Positions 1 through 8,099 of a stretch of DNA of 38,992 bases are shown one piece after another. Origin of the DNA: a virus. Position 1 is the stretch's first letter; the number at the start of each line of letters is the position of its first letter. The stretch lies in the IMG/VR virus record IMGVR_UViG_3300045988_152050. One strand, given 5' to 3'. Under the pieces are notes generated by a model that did no database searches, had not been told where the DNA came from, and saw only the letters and a program-made list of their open reading frames with translations. Made by a program: the position numbers and the translations under genes.

Positions 1-161
1 AAATAGGCTCATCAGGGGACTCCGCTCAAATAGGCTCATCAGGGGACTACGCTAAAATAGGCTCATCAGGGGACTACGCTAAAATAGGCTCATCAGGGTA
101 CTCTGCTCAAATAGGCTCATCAGGGGACTACGCTCAAATAGATAGTACAGGAGAAAAGGCA
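1..161 (+). repeat. 27-bp (9-codon) tandem repeat, left-edge copies: about 5 near-identical units plus 1 degenerate unit
   Basis: Unit aaataggctcatcaggggacTCcgct recurs with period 27. Variation is limited to a few positions (aaa/caa, gac/tac, tcc/tac/tct). The last unit (135..161) is degenerate. Confidence 0.95.
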
Positions 162-761
162 GTGGTTTCAGCAATAGGATTTAGAGCGGTCGCTAAGGCT
201 AAGGTTGGTTCGTGGATAACTCTTGCAGAGTATAAAATAGATGAAAACAAAAGGTGGGTTGTTGATTTTGTAAAAACTGAATATGTGGACGGTGAAAAAA
301 GAAAAGGAGATACTTTTTACTGCCTGTATAAACATGAATTTAGAAAATATGTAGATTATGATAAAATACCAGCAGCGGTATTGAATTATAGAAAAGGTGT
401 TTACAAAGTTGTAACATTTGATGATGTTGTAAGAGGAGAAATAACATATATTGTTGAAAAAGATGGTGTTTACTCGCATGGCAAAACCATTAAAGAGGCA
501 AGAGAAAGTTTTATTTATAAAATAAGCAATCGTGATACATCGGCTTTTGGAAATATGACACTTGATACAGTTGTTAGTTTTGAAGAAGCGGTAAAAATGT
601 ATAGGGTTATTACTGGAGCTTGTGAATTTGGAACAAAGAGTTTTGTAAACAGGCTAGAAAAGGTAAAAAAAGAATATACTGTTGCTGAAATAATTAAACT
701 AACAACAGGACAATATGGAGCTGATACTTTCAAAAACTTTTTCAAGGAAAAAAACCAATGA
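3..761 (+). CDS. C-terminal part of a junction-spanning nonapeptide-repeat protein (N-terminal part is 38714..38992)
   Basis: The frame starting at nt 3 is open from the window edge. It reads IGSSGDSA QIGSSGDYA KIGSSGDYA KIGSSGYSA QIGSSGDYA QIDSTGEKA and continues into track ORF 162..761. It has the same repeat and phase as the ORF that runs off the right edge. Confidence 0.8.
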   Translation: MGSSGDSAQIGSSGDYAKIGSSGDYAKIGSSGYSAQIGSSGDYAQIDSTGEKAVVSAIGFRAVAKAKVGSWITLAEYKIDENKRWVVDFVKTEYVDGEKRKGDTFYCLYKHEFRKYVDYDKIPAAVLNYRKGVYKVVTFDDVVRGEITYIVEKDGVYSHGKTIKEARESFIYKISNRDTSAFGNMTLDTVVSFEEAVKMYRVITGACEFGTKSFVNRLEKVKKEYTVAEIIKLTTGQYGADTFKNFFKEKNQ

Positions 762-917
762 GCAATAACGCACCTGATTATGAAGATGATTTAGTCTTTC
801 CTCCACATAACCGACCTTGCACAACTAACATCAGTATTATCTAACTTGGATGATCTGATCATCGAAGAAAAATATAAAGAAGAACAACAGAAAAAAGAAA
901 AGTAATACAACATTACC

Positions 918-939
918 CCGGGGCGGCTACCCGCCCCGG
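918..939 (+). terminator. GC-rich perfect hairpin (9-bp stem ccggggcgg/ccgccccgg, loop ctac) with no downstream T-run; possible terminator or RNA-processing site
   Basis: Perfect inverted repeat read directly from the sequence in the intergenic gap between the repeat gene and ORF 960. No U-tract follows on the + strand. Confidence 0.3.
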
Positions 940-959
940 CAGATAAAGGAAACAAACAA

Positions 960-1259
960 ATGACAAACATAATCACCGGCTACGTTGTTTGCCCCCTATT
1001 ACCACTCACCCGAAACGCTTTCATTGTCTATCCGACAGAAGAGGAAGCACAGATGTGGGGGGTACCGCAAAAAGTCTGCGTCGCTATGGCAAAAGAATTG
1101 TCTCCCCATTTCCGTCTTGTTGGATTTTGGAAAACTGACAAAAGAAACGGCGTTATTGTCGAAACCGACGACGGAGAACAACGGCTGTTATCTCACGAAC
1201 AATATAACGATTTGATGAAAGCCAGAAAATCGAAAGGAAAGAAAAATGAAACCGCTTAA
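960..1259 (+). CDS. hypothetical early protein (99 aa)
   Basis: Track ORF with AAGGA RBS 8 nt upstream. No family recognised. Confidence 0.65.
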   Translation: MTNIITGYVVCPLLPLTRNAFIVYPTEEEAQMWGVPQKVCVAMAKELSPHFRLVGFWKTDKRNGVIVETDDGEQRLLSHEQYNDLMKARKSKGKKNETA

Positions 1260-1527
1260 ACTTGTCTTGACCGACCATTGGTTTGAAGAAATTAAATCCG
1301 GGCGGAAAACTCACGAATACAGAAATTTCACCCCTTATTGGGAAAACAGATTGCAGAAATTTGAGTTTTCACAAGGGTGCTTTGTCTAGTTTCAAAAAGC
1401 ATATCGGAAAAACCCTGAACGTATGGCTTTTAAAATCGACAATATTCGCCTTGTAGGCGGTAAAAACACCGACTTGCATATTGACGGCCTTGTTTTTGAT
1501 ATTGAACTTGGGGAGCGCATTAGATGA
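1246..1527 (+). pseudogene. ASCH/PUA-like domain gene interrupted by an in-frame TAG (1387..1389)
   Basis: My translation from ATG 1246 is MKPLKLVLTDHWFEEIKSGRKTHEYRNFTPYWENRLQKFEFSQGCFV[TAG]FQKAYRKNPERMAFKIDNIRLVGGKNTDLHIDGLVFDIELGERIR. It ends in TGA, overlapping the next start as ATGA at 1524. The WF..I.SG.KT.EYR signature is typical of ASCH-like proteins. Neither half is in the ORF track because of the stop. Confidence 0.55.
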
Positions 1528-1730
1528 CTAAAACCGACCGAGAGATTGAACTTGAGAAAAAGCTTTCGATTGCTGTTAAGGCTTTGAGATATTATGCAAA
1601 TTCTAATTGTTGGGATGATTGTTTCTATAACGGCCGCATAAAAGTTAGCGCTTATTTGCAAACCGCCGGCTATAAAACCGCTCAGCAAGCATTAAAGGAG
1701 ATTGAGAAATGCGTAAAAAATATGGATTAA
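1524..1730 (+). CDS. hypothetical protein (68 aa)
   Basis: Track ORF with ATGA start/stop coupling to the upstream reading frame. Confidence 0.6.
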   Translation: MTKTDREIELEKKLSIAVKALRYYANSNCWDDCFYNGRIKVSAYLQTAGYKTAQQALKEIEKCVKNMD

Positions 1731-1957
1731 CACAGCACGAGCAAAAATTATTAAGTAAAGCTCAATACTACCAAAACAAAGCCGCTGAAATGCACAGAAA
1801 ATTTGCCGATAGTCTACAAAATAGGTTTTACAATTCAACCACAATCAGCGAGTTTGAAGAGTGGGATTTATGGACGTTGAACGAAAGCGGGGATTGTTCA
1901 GGAACTGAACAGGAAGCACTGTTTTGGCGAAAAGTAAAAGAGGAGGAGGAAGACTAA
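1709..1957 (+). CDS. hypothetical protein (82 aa)
   Basis: Track ORF with AAGGAG RBS upstream of ATG 1709. Confidence 0.6.
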   Translation: MRKKYGLTQHEQKLLSKAQYYQNKAAEMHRKFADSLQNRFYNSTTISEFEEWDLWTLNESGDCSGTEQEALFWRKVKEEEED

Positions 1958-2355
1958 TGGCATATTTAGAAGAACTGCTGCCCGAGTTCAGAAAAGGGGC
2001 CAAGATTAGAAAGAAAAGCTGGGATAAAAGAGATTATTCTTATTATAAGGATGGACGTATTTACGACCAGAACAATCAAGCTATGTATAGTTTTTCTGCT
2101 AAAGCTCTTTCGTATGACGGTTGGGAATTTTATAAAGAACCCGAACCGAACTGGCAATACATCATCGAGAACAAATGCCTTTGCTGGTTTTGGGATAATT
2201 GCGATAAAGAGGACCGGCAACGTGCAAGGTGCTTAAGTGATTTTATTCCAAATAAAACAACTCCATTCTTAGATGAAGCAGGTTATTTTTGGCCTTATTG
2301 CCGTCCTGTCCGCAAAGATGAAGTAACTTTTTATGAGGAGAGAAAAGATGAGTAG
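1957..2355 (+). CDS. DUF2829 (Tad2-like) N-terminal domain protein, Cys/Trp-rich C-terminal half
   Basis: Internal ATG at 1957 follows AGGAGGAGGA. The N-terminus MAYLEELLPEFRKGAKIRKKSW ... LSYDGWEFY resembles the DUF2829 pattern (GkkvrR.gW ... DWe). This assignment is from memory of the family. Confidence 0.45.
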   Translation: MAYLEELLPEFRKGAKIRKKSWDKRDYSYYKDGRIYDQNNQAMYSFSAKALSYDGWEFYKEPEPNWQYIIENKCLCWFWDNCDKEDRQRARCLSDFIPNKTTPFLDEAGYFWPYCRPVRKDEVTFYEERKDE

Positions 2356-2524
2356 ACTAATTGCATTATGGTTAATAGATACAGCAGTTATGATTAACCT
2401 TGGTTTTATTGGATTTATTTTGTGTGTATTTGGTTTTGTTTTATATCCGATTAAACCTGCTAGGCAATTTTGCGGAAACAACGATAAAACACCACCACAA
2501 ACCCACAAAAACACCCCTTGTTGA
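2348..2524 (+). CDS. small membrane protein (58 aa)
   Basis: GAGGAG RBS 7 nt before ATG 2348. Hydrophobic stretch LIALWLIDTAVMINLGFIGFILCVFGFVLY. Confidence 0.5.
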   Translation: MSRLIALWLIDTAVMINLGFIGFILCVFGFVLYPIKPARQFCGNNDKTPPQTHKNTPC

Positions 2525-2545
2525 CAATTGTCGGCTTGGGGTGTT
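2510..2545. promoter_or_regulatory. 36-bp imperfect palindrome (AACACCCCTTGTTGACAA|TTGTCGGCTTGGGGTGTT) at the early/structural boundary
   Basis: The arms pair at 14 of 18 positions by Watson-Crick pairing, plus 2 G-T wobbles and 2 mismatches. The centre is GACAATTGTC. It embeds a TTGACA hexamer and the stop codon of the upstream gene. Confidence 0.5.
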
Positions 2546-2550
2546 AATCT
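2521..2550 (+). promoter_or_regulatory. candidate sigma70-type promoter for the head module (TTGACA, 18 nt, TAATCT)
   Basis: TTGACA at 2521..2526 and TAATCT at 2545..2550, about 30 nt upstream of the protease/scaffold start. Confidence 0.35.
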
Positions 2551-2579
2551 ATCCGCAGAAACAAAAAAGGATTAAACAA

Positions 2580-3770
2580 ATGCTACAAGTTTCAAACAAA
2601 ATAAGAATGTCTATTGGCAACAAGTGGCGAATTGATGATGACGGAATTATGACCGTTAGAGCCAGGGTGTTAAAAGAGGGAGTATATCCCTATTATGCCA
2701 GTGAGTTGCAAGGCCTGAATATTCCGGGCGACAAGGTGGATGTTCTTATTCCGGCAAGCGAATTCACCCCCGAAGCGTTAAAAACTGGCGAGGGTAAGCC
2801 CGTAGTCATTGATGAACACGAATGGCGAACTGTAGAAAATGCCTTGACAGACGGCTATACCAAAGGCTCTGTTGCCGGAGAAATGACAGTAGAAGACAAA
2901 GGCATAATGTGCGACCTCACAATTTTGGATGCACAGACCATTGAAGAAATCAAGAGCGGCATCTTGGTGGAAATTTCTGCCGGATATCGAGCTGATTTTG
3001 AGAAAGAAGACGGCGAGCTAAACGGCCAGCCATATTCTTATGTTCAAAAAAACATTGTGTTCAACCACATTTTGCTTTGTCGCAAAGGCGAGGGCAGATG
3101 CGGAGCCGATGTTAAAGTTATCAACAAAAAAACAGGAGAAACAAAAATGTCTTATACAATTCGCATGAAAATTGGCAATAAAGACAAAGAGATGGAGTTT
3201 TCTTCCAAAGAAGATGCCGACAAGGCTCAAGAAATGGCAAACGAAGCCAGCGAGGCAAAACAAGCTGACATTGACAAAGCCGTTGAGGAAGTAACTTCAT
3301 TGAAAGAACAGGTTGCCGCTTTGAACGCTGACTTGGAAGAAAAGAAATCTTCCATTGAGGAATACAAAGAAAAACTTGAAAATGCTTTGTCTGAAGAAGC
3401 TCAGGAAGAAATTGCCGAAGACCTCATCGCTCAGAAAGAAGCTGAGGAAGCTGTTGTCGATGAAGAAGTTGACGACAAAGACAAAGAGGAAGTTAAAAAT
3501 TCTTTGAAGAATATGAAACGCTCTGAGCGTGCCATGTTCTTGGCCGCCCACGTTATGAACAAGCGTGGCTTGGACATCAAAGAATGGGATGACAATTCTA
3601 AAATTGCATCTTTCATGACCATTGCCGCTGAAGCAAAACAGAAAGTGCAAAACAAAAAAGAATTGAGCAACAACCTCGGCAACGTTAATGGTGCCAAAGT
3701 TGTGAACTCAAAAACCGGAAACAACGGGATGTCTGCAAAAGACCGTATGTTTTCTTGGAAACACAAATAA
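2580..3770 (+). CDS. DUF2213-like prohead protease/scaffolding protein with acidic coiled-coil C-terminal half
   Basis: ATG 2580 lies inside track ORF 2400..3770. The N-terminus RIDDDGIMTVRARVLKEGVYPYYASEL resembles DUF2213. The C-terminus is E/K-rich coiled coil. It lies immediately upstream of the capsid gene. Confidence 0.7.
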   Translation: MLQVSNKIRMSIGNKWRIDDDGIMTVRARVLKEGVYPYYASELQGLNIPGDKVDVLIPASEFTPEALKTGEGKPVVIDEHEWRTVENALTDGYTKGSVAGEMTVEDKGIMCDLTILDAQTIEEIKSGILVEISAGYRADFEKEDGELNGQPYSYVQKNIVFNHILLCRKGEGRCGADVKVINKKTGETKMSYTIRMKIGNKDKEMEFSSKEDADKAQEMANEASEAKQADIDKAVEEVTSLKEQVAALNADLEEKKSSIEEYKEKLENALSEEAQEEIAEDLIAQKEAEEAVVDEEVDDKDKEEVKNSLKNMKRSERAMFLAAHVMNKRGLDIKEWDDNSKIASFMTIAAEAKQKVQNKKELSNNLGNVNGAKVVNSKTGNNGMSAKDRMFSWKHK

Positions 3771-3788
3771 CAAGTAGGAGAAACAAAC

Positions 3789-4346
3789 ATGTCTAGAGGT
3801 GTTTATATGGGTACCGCTTTTGGAGCAATCCAGAACGCAGTATTCGACCAACCGGCAGCAGGTGTCCATGGCGGACTTTATGCAGCCAGCGACATTAATC
3901 TTTGCGATGCCATCTCCGTTGGCGAAGCAAACGGCATTGATGTTGGCTCGGGTGTTGTCGCAAGTGCTATCGCATCTGCCAAAATTTCCGGTATTAACGA
4001 TTTGGAAGCCAAATTGCCAGCCGCTGATGCCGTTGCAATCTATGGCTTTGTAATCAGAACACAGGCAGGATGCACCGATGCATCTGGCAAAAACTATGTT
4101 CCGGAAAAACGTCAGGCCACTGTCTTGAGATATGACAGAGTTGGCGGCCGTTTCTGGTACAAAATGCCGGCCGCATTTACCCCGACTTCAACGGTTTACA
4201 TCGCTTATACCGATGATGCCGCTGCCGGTGGTAAAGGTCATTTGACTGTAACGGCCGAAACAAGCAAAAACTTTGCATTAACCAAGCTGAAAATTCGCAA
4301 CTCAGGTGCTGCCGGAGATTTGGCTTTAATTGAAATCGTAGCGTAG
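3789..4346 (+). CDS. head-associated structural protein (possible decoration protein)
   Basis: Track ORF with GTAGGAG RBS. It lies between the scaffold and the major capsid gene. Function is inferred from position only. Confidence 0.6.
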   Translation: MSRGVYMGTAFGAIQNAVFDQPAAGVHGGLYAASDINLCDAISVGEANGIDVGSGVVASAIASAKISGINDLEAKLPAADAVAIYGFVIRTQAGCTDASGKNYVPEKRQATVLRYDRVGGRFWYKMPAAFTPTSTVYIAYTDDAAAGGKGHLTVTAETSKNFALTKLKIRNSGAAGDLALIEIVA

Positions 4347-4359
4347 GGGAGAATAAAAC

Positions 4360-5343
4360 ATGTCTAAAGGTTCTTTCACATACGGCGGACAAGCAAACGT
4401 AAATATGCAGGAAATCGCATTCAGCATCTATACCGCTGTTGATTCTGCGTTTTATGATGTCGAATATCCGGAGCATGACTGGTATAAAGTCGTAAAAGAA
4501 GATCAGGTGCTTTCTGATATTAACGCCGGTGCAACTCAGTATGCATTCATCAGCCGTGACCGCCAGGGTGCCGCCGCATTCAGAGGCCAGGCTGAAAACA
4601 ACAACATCCCGATGGTAAGCCAGACGGCCGGTTCGTCCACTGTTCCGTTGTGTGCTTCTAATGTCGGGGCAAAAATCGACAACGAAGACGCTCGCCAGTA
4701 TCAGATGGGCTTTAACGGAAACTTGGCTCAGGATTTGGGCGAATGTATGCGTTTTGCTTGCGATAACTTGGTTGAACGCACCGTATTCTTCGGTGACGAT
4801 GCCGTTGGTTTCAAAGGCTTTATGAACTTCCCAGGTGTAACCACATCAACCGCCGCAAGCGGTGCCGCCGGTGGTGCCGAATGGAGTAAGAAGACCGCTG
4901 CCGAAATGGTAAAAGATATCACCGATGGCTTAGCGACTGTATGGACCAACTCAAGAGGCGTGTTCCTGCCGAACACCGTGTTCCTGCCTTTGGAACAGTT
5001 TAACCTGTTGGCTGTAACTCCATATACTTTGGGAGCATCTGCCGCTGTGTTCCAGTCTGCTTTGGATTATGTGAAGAAATATAACATCTACACAAACCAG
5101 AGAGGCAAAGAACTCGAAATCATCCCTATCCGTTATCTGAAAAACGCAAACAACGCAGGTACCGCAGGACGTATGATTTTGCAGGACAGAAGCAAACGCA
5201 ATCAGGCTTTGCCGTTCCCGATGGGCTACACCTTGCAGGCACCAGTTCCGGTTCCGCTGGGCGCAGAGTTCTATTCGGAACAGAAGCATGGTTCTTATGT
5301 AATCCGTCAGCCGTTGTCTACATTATATGTAGATGGCATCTAA
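4360..5343 (+). CDS. major capsid protein (DUF2184/encapsulin-like HK97 fold)
   Basis: 327 aa. Position after the protease/scaffold and family resemblance (from memory) to DUF2184 capsid proteins of the DUF2213-DUF2184-DUF4054-DUF3383 myovirus gene order. Confidence 0.75.
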   Translation: MSKGSFTYGGQANVNMQEIAFSIYTAVDSAFYDVEYPEHDWYKVVKEDQVLSDINAGATQYAFISRDRQGAAAFRGQAENNNIPMVSQTAGSSTVPLCASNVGAKIDNEDARQYQMGFNGNLAQDLGECMRFACDNLVERTVFFGDDAVGFKGFMNFPGVTTSTAASGAAGGAEWSKKTAAEMVKDITDGLATVWTNSRGVFLPNTVFLPLEQFNLLAVTPYTLGASAAVFQSALDYVKKYNIYTNQRGKELEIIPIRYLKNANNAGTAGRMILQDRSKRNQALPFPMGYTLQAPVPVPLGAEFYSEQKHGSYVIRQPLSTLYVDGI

Positions 5344-5371
5344 ATAAATAATTCAATGGGGAGATACCAAT

Positions 5372-5797
5372 ATGGCTTTTCAGAAAAAACAAAATAACGG
5401 AGCCGCCGCACAAAAAGCGGCTCCAACAAACCAGACAGCTAAAAACCTTTCGGCGGCAAGCGGAACGGTGGTTTTAACAAATATGACCACAAACCCGATT
5501 TTGCTAAACGAGGGCGGTCATAAAATCATGATTTATCCTAAGGAATTAAAATCTGTGGATAAAGGCGTTTTTCAGGAGCTGAAAAACAATGATATGATTA
5601 AAATCTGGCTTGATAAAGGTTTAATCAGATGCAATTACCAAGCGGACGCACAGGAAGCAGAGCGCAAAGACATCTCTGTAACTCCTGATGATGCGCCGGC
5701 CGAACTGACAAATCCGGTCGAGAAACACGAAGACGGTCGCACCGTGTCCGCAGAAGTAAAGAAGAAAGAAGCCGCTGGTTCAATTACATTGGATTAA
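5372..5797 (+). CDS. hypothetical head-module protein (141 aa)
   Basis: Track ORF with GGGGAG RBS. Confidence 0.65.
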   Translation: MAFQKKQNNGAAAQKAAPTNQTAKNLSAASGTVVLTNMTTNPILLNEGGHKIMIYPKELKSVDKGVFQELKNNDMIKIWLDKGLIRCNYQADAQEAERKDISVTPDDAPAELTNPVEKHEDGRTVSAEVKKKEAAGSITLD

Positions 5798-5822
5798 GTA
5801 GCCAAAAGTAGGAAGCAAGAAC

Positions 5823-6248
5823 ATGAGTTTTGATTATGCACAATTTATTGCCGTGTATCCCGAATTTTCCGACATTCCACAAGCAACTGTTGAATTTAAG
5901 GGAAATCTGGGCGACAAAATCCTGAGCGATACATCTTGGGGCGATGTGCGCAATGAAGCTCTGTTCTTGTGGACTGCTCACCGCCTTGCTTTGGAATATA
6001 ACATTGCCAAGGCACTAAAAACCAACAAAAAGAATTCTATCAATCCGGGCTTGGTTAGCTCGCAAAGCGCAAGTAACGCCAGCCTGTCAAATTCATATAG
6101 CCACAGCGCGATGGTTTCATCAGAAAACCCGATGGAAGCCGACTACGCACGCACGAGCTACGGCTTGGAGTTTTTATCATTAATGAACATGGTAATGCCG
6201 GCCGGCTATGTGGTTTTAAGTGGCGAAAATTACTGTTGCAGAGGATAA
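5823..6248 (+). CDS. DUF4054-like head-tail connector protein
   Basis: The N-terminus F..VYPEF ... WG ... TAHRLAL matches my recollection of DUF4054. Position is consistent. Confidence 0.65.
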   Translation: MSFDYAQFIAVYPEFSDIPQATVEFKGNLGDKILSDTSWGDVRNEALFLWTAHRLALEYNIAKALKTNKKNSINPGLVSSQSASNASLSNSYSHSAMVSSENPMEADYARTSYGLEFLSLMNMVMPAGYVVLSGENYCCRG

Positions 6249-6249
6249 A

Positions 6250-6795
6250 ATGGCAGATGTTTCTATGTCGGCAAAAATAAACAAAGAAAACAATCCCGAT
6301 TGGCTTGATAAGGTCATGGCCAAAGCGGTAAAACTTACCGAGATAGAAGCAGCCGCCGGATTTCCGTCCGGACAAAAAGAACTCAACACACCACACTATG
6401 ACAACGGAGCAAGCATCATAGACGTGGCAATCTGGAATAATTATGGAACATACAATTCTCCTGCCCGTGATTTCATGACACCATCAGGAAAAAAAGCCAA
6501 GGAGCGATGGAATAAAATCGCTCCTGACCTTTATAATGAGGTTGTAAACGGAAAATTGGACGCTGTGGAAGCGTTAGAGAATGCCGGACAGATTGGAGCA
6601 ACCGAGATTAAAAAAGCGATTGTTGACCTAAAAACACCGGCAAACGCACCCATAACCGTCAAAGGTGGATGGATGCACAACAAAAAAAGCGGTAAATTGT
6701 TCAAGGTTGAGGGCAAAAAGAGCAATAATCCGCTTGTAGATACCGGAGCAATGGCCAACGCAGCAACCTACGTTGTCCGCAAAAAGAAAAAATAG
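6250..6795 (+). CDS. HK97 gp10-like head-tail joining protein
   Basis: ATG 6250 follows AGAGGA; the track start at 6220 is a GTG overlapping the upstream gene. The C-terminal NPLVDTGAMANAATYVV resembles the gp10-family DTG motif. Confidence 0.6.
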   Translation: MADVSMSAKINKENNPDWLDKVMAKAVKLTEIEAAAGFPSGQKELNTPHYDNGASIIDVAIWNNYGTYNSPARDFMTPSGKKAKERWNKIAPDLYNEVVNGKLDAVEALENAGQIGATEIKKAIVDLKTPANAPITVKGGWMHNKKSGKLFKVEGKKSNNPLVDTGAMANAATYVVRKKKK

Positions 6796-6800
6796 TCCTT

Positions 6801-6829
6801 TTGACTTTGTATTTTTTGTGGGGTAAACT
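6801..6829 (+). promoter_or_regulatory. candidate internal promoter (TTGACT, 17 nt, TAAACT)
   Basis: Hexamers read at 6801..6806 and 6824..6829, in the only sizeable gap of the head operon. Confidence 0.3.
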
Positions 6830-6856
6830 TGAGAAAAACAATGATAGGAGATGAAT

Positions 6857-7099
6857 ATGCGTGATTTCTCAAAAACAATTCGGGTTAAAAACTCCATGAA
6901 AGGCATAGACGGCGTGCATTTGGATGTGCCGTTGTTCATTCGTCTTTTAGAGTTTGCCAGAGAAGAAGCCAAGGATGATGTTGATTTGCACGTCATCACC
7001 GAAAATATCAATAGGGTATGGCAAGGCTATGAGGAAAGCGAGCCACGCTCATTTTTGACCATGCAAGATTATGATGCCATCATTGAGGGGATGAAATAA
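6857..7099 (+). CDS. small acidic hypothetical protein (80 aa), moron-like position
   Basis: Track ORF 6851..7099. The second ATG (6857) has better spacing from the TAGGAG RBS. Confidence 0.55.
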   Translation: MRDFSKTIRVKNSMKGIDGVHLDVPLFIRLLEFAREEAKDDVDLHVITENINRVWQGYEESEPRSFLTMQDYDAIIEGMK

Positions 7100-7101
7100 C
7101 C

Positions 7102-7506
7102 ATGTCGATACTTCCTTTTGATTTTAGCCAAACGTTAGCAGAATTTGCTTGCCCGGAGAGTTTCACCGCCTATGAAATGGTCGGCCAATACATCCGGGGC
7201 GAATGGGTTATGACAAAGGAAAACGAACGCACCATTGATGAAGCCATTTTGCTCGATGTGGAAGAAGAAATCCTTGAAATCTTAACCGAGGGAAACTTGG
7301 TAGATGAAGCATACAGCATTATGTTTGCCAAAGACTATGATGAATTTTTTATTATGGATCAAAACAACGCAAACGTGCAAAACAAGCAAACATACGTTGT
7401 TATTGACGGCAAAGAGTTTATTGTAAAGAGAAATCCCAAAACCGCCAAAAATTCAAACTTCCGCAGTTATTATGCAATCAAATATAAGGACATTGCCAAT
7501 GGTTAA
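7102..7506 (+). CDS. hypothetical neck/connector protein (134 aa)
   Basis: Track ORF, tightly packed in the structural operon. Confidence 0.65.
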   Translation: MSILPFDFSQTLAEFACPESFTAYEMVGQYIRGEWVMTKENERTIDEAILLDVEEEILEILTEGNLVDEAYSIMFAKDYDEFFIMDQNNANVQNKQTYVVIDGKEFIVKRNPKTAKNSNFRSYYAIKYKDIANG

Positions 7507-8080
7507 AACAGTAACGACAGAGGAAGCAAAAGAGCTTATTCGGGCGGCGGTTAAACTTGCCACCGGATGGGAAACAATCCTATGGCCGTCACAAGGTCCG
7601 CAAGCCGCAAACCAATATTGCACCGTTCGCTTAAAAGACGACCAGCCATATCAATACGACATCAGCGAAGAAAGCGTAGATGACGATGGCAATATGATAT
7701 ATGACGAAATCCAAGAAACAATCATGGAGTTTGAAATTCAGGCCTACGGAAAAGGAGCCATGGACAAACTCAAATCTTTCATTGCCAAGCTCAAACATGA
7801 TGAACGCTTCTATGGAGCAATTGACGACCCGGACATGGAGCAAAAATTCAAAAATGCTCCGTTGTGGGAATATATGGGCTTAGGCGGACATGACAGCGTG
7901 CAAGACATATCTATGCCGTTTATGGGAGCCGCACAGCCGAGGGCAATCGTCACAATTTACATGAATGCCCTATGGCAAGACAAGCAGCCGAAATCAGAAG
8001 TTGACAGTTTTGATAAGGTTGACATAACTGTGGAAAGCATAAATAATGATAACAAATTTGTGCTTGAAATTAACAAATAA
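7499..8080 (+). CDS. hypothetical neck/tail-terminator-position protein
   Basis: ATG 7499 overlaps the upstream stop. It lies immediately upstream of the sheath gene. Confidence 0.6.
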   Translation: MVKTVTTEEAKELIRAAVKLATGWETILWPSQGPQAANQYCTVRLKDDQPYQYDISEESVDDDGNMIYDEIQETIMEFEIQAYGKGAMDKLKSFIAKLKHDERFYGAIDDPDMEQKFKNAPLWEYMGLGGHDSVQDISMPFMGAAQPRAIVTIYMNALWQDKQPKSEVDSFDKVDITVESINNDNKFVLEINK

Positions 8081-8099
8081 CAAGAAGTAGGAGAATAAG

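Noticed and set aside
1-161. The 27-bp direct repeats at both window ends as a CRISPR array or as non-coding terminal repeats
   Set aside because: There are no spacers; the units are contiguous. The period is a multiple of 3 and lies in an open frame encoding KIGSSGDxA. This frame joins the ORFs at both edges, so it is a coding tandem repeat at the circularisation point.
1387-1389. Genome-wide TAG reassignment (as in stop-codon-recoded phages), with the phage tRNA acting as suppressor
   Set aside because: TAG ends several well-supported structural genes (at 4344, 9567, 12549 and 14549), each followed at once by an RBS and start codon. The tRNA anticodon reads UUG, not CUA.
2400-2579. The N-terminal 60-aa extension of the protease/scaffold ORF given by the track
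   Set aside because: The extension crosses the palindrome and promoter region, overlaps the upstream membrane-protein gene, and has no RBS. The ATG at 2580 begins the DUF2213-like sequence.
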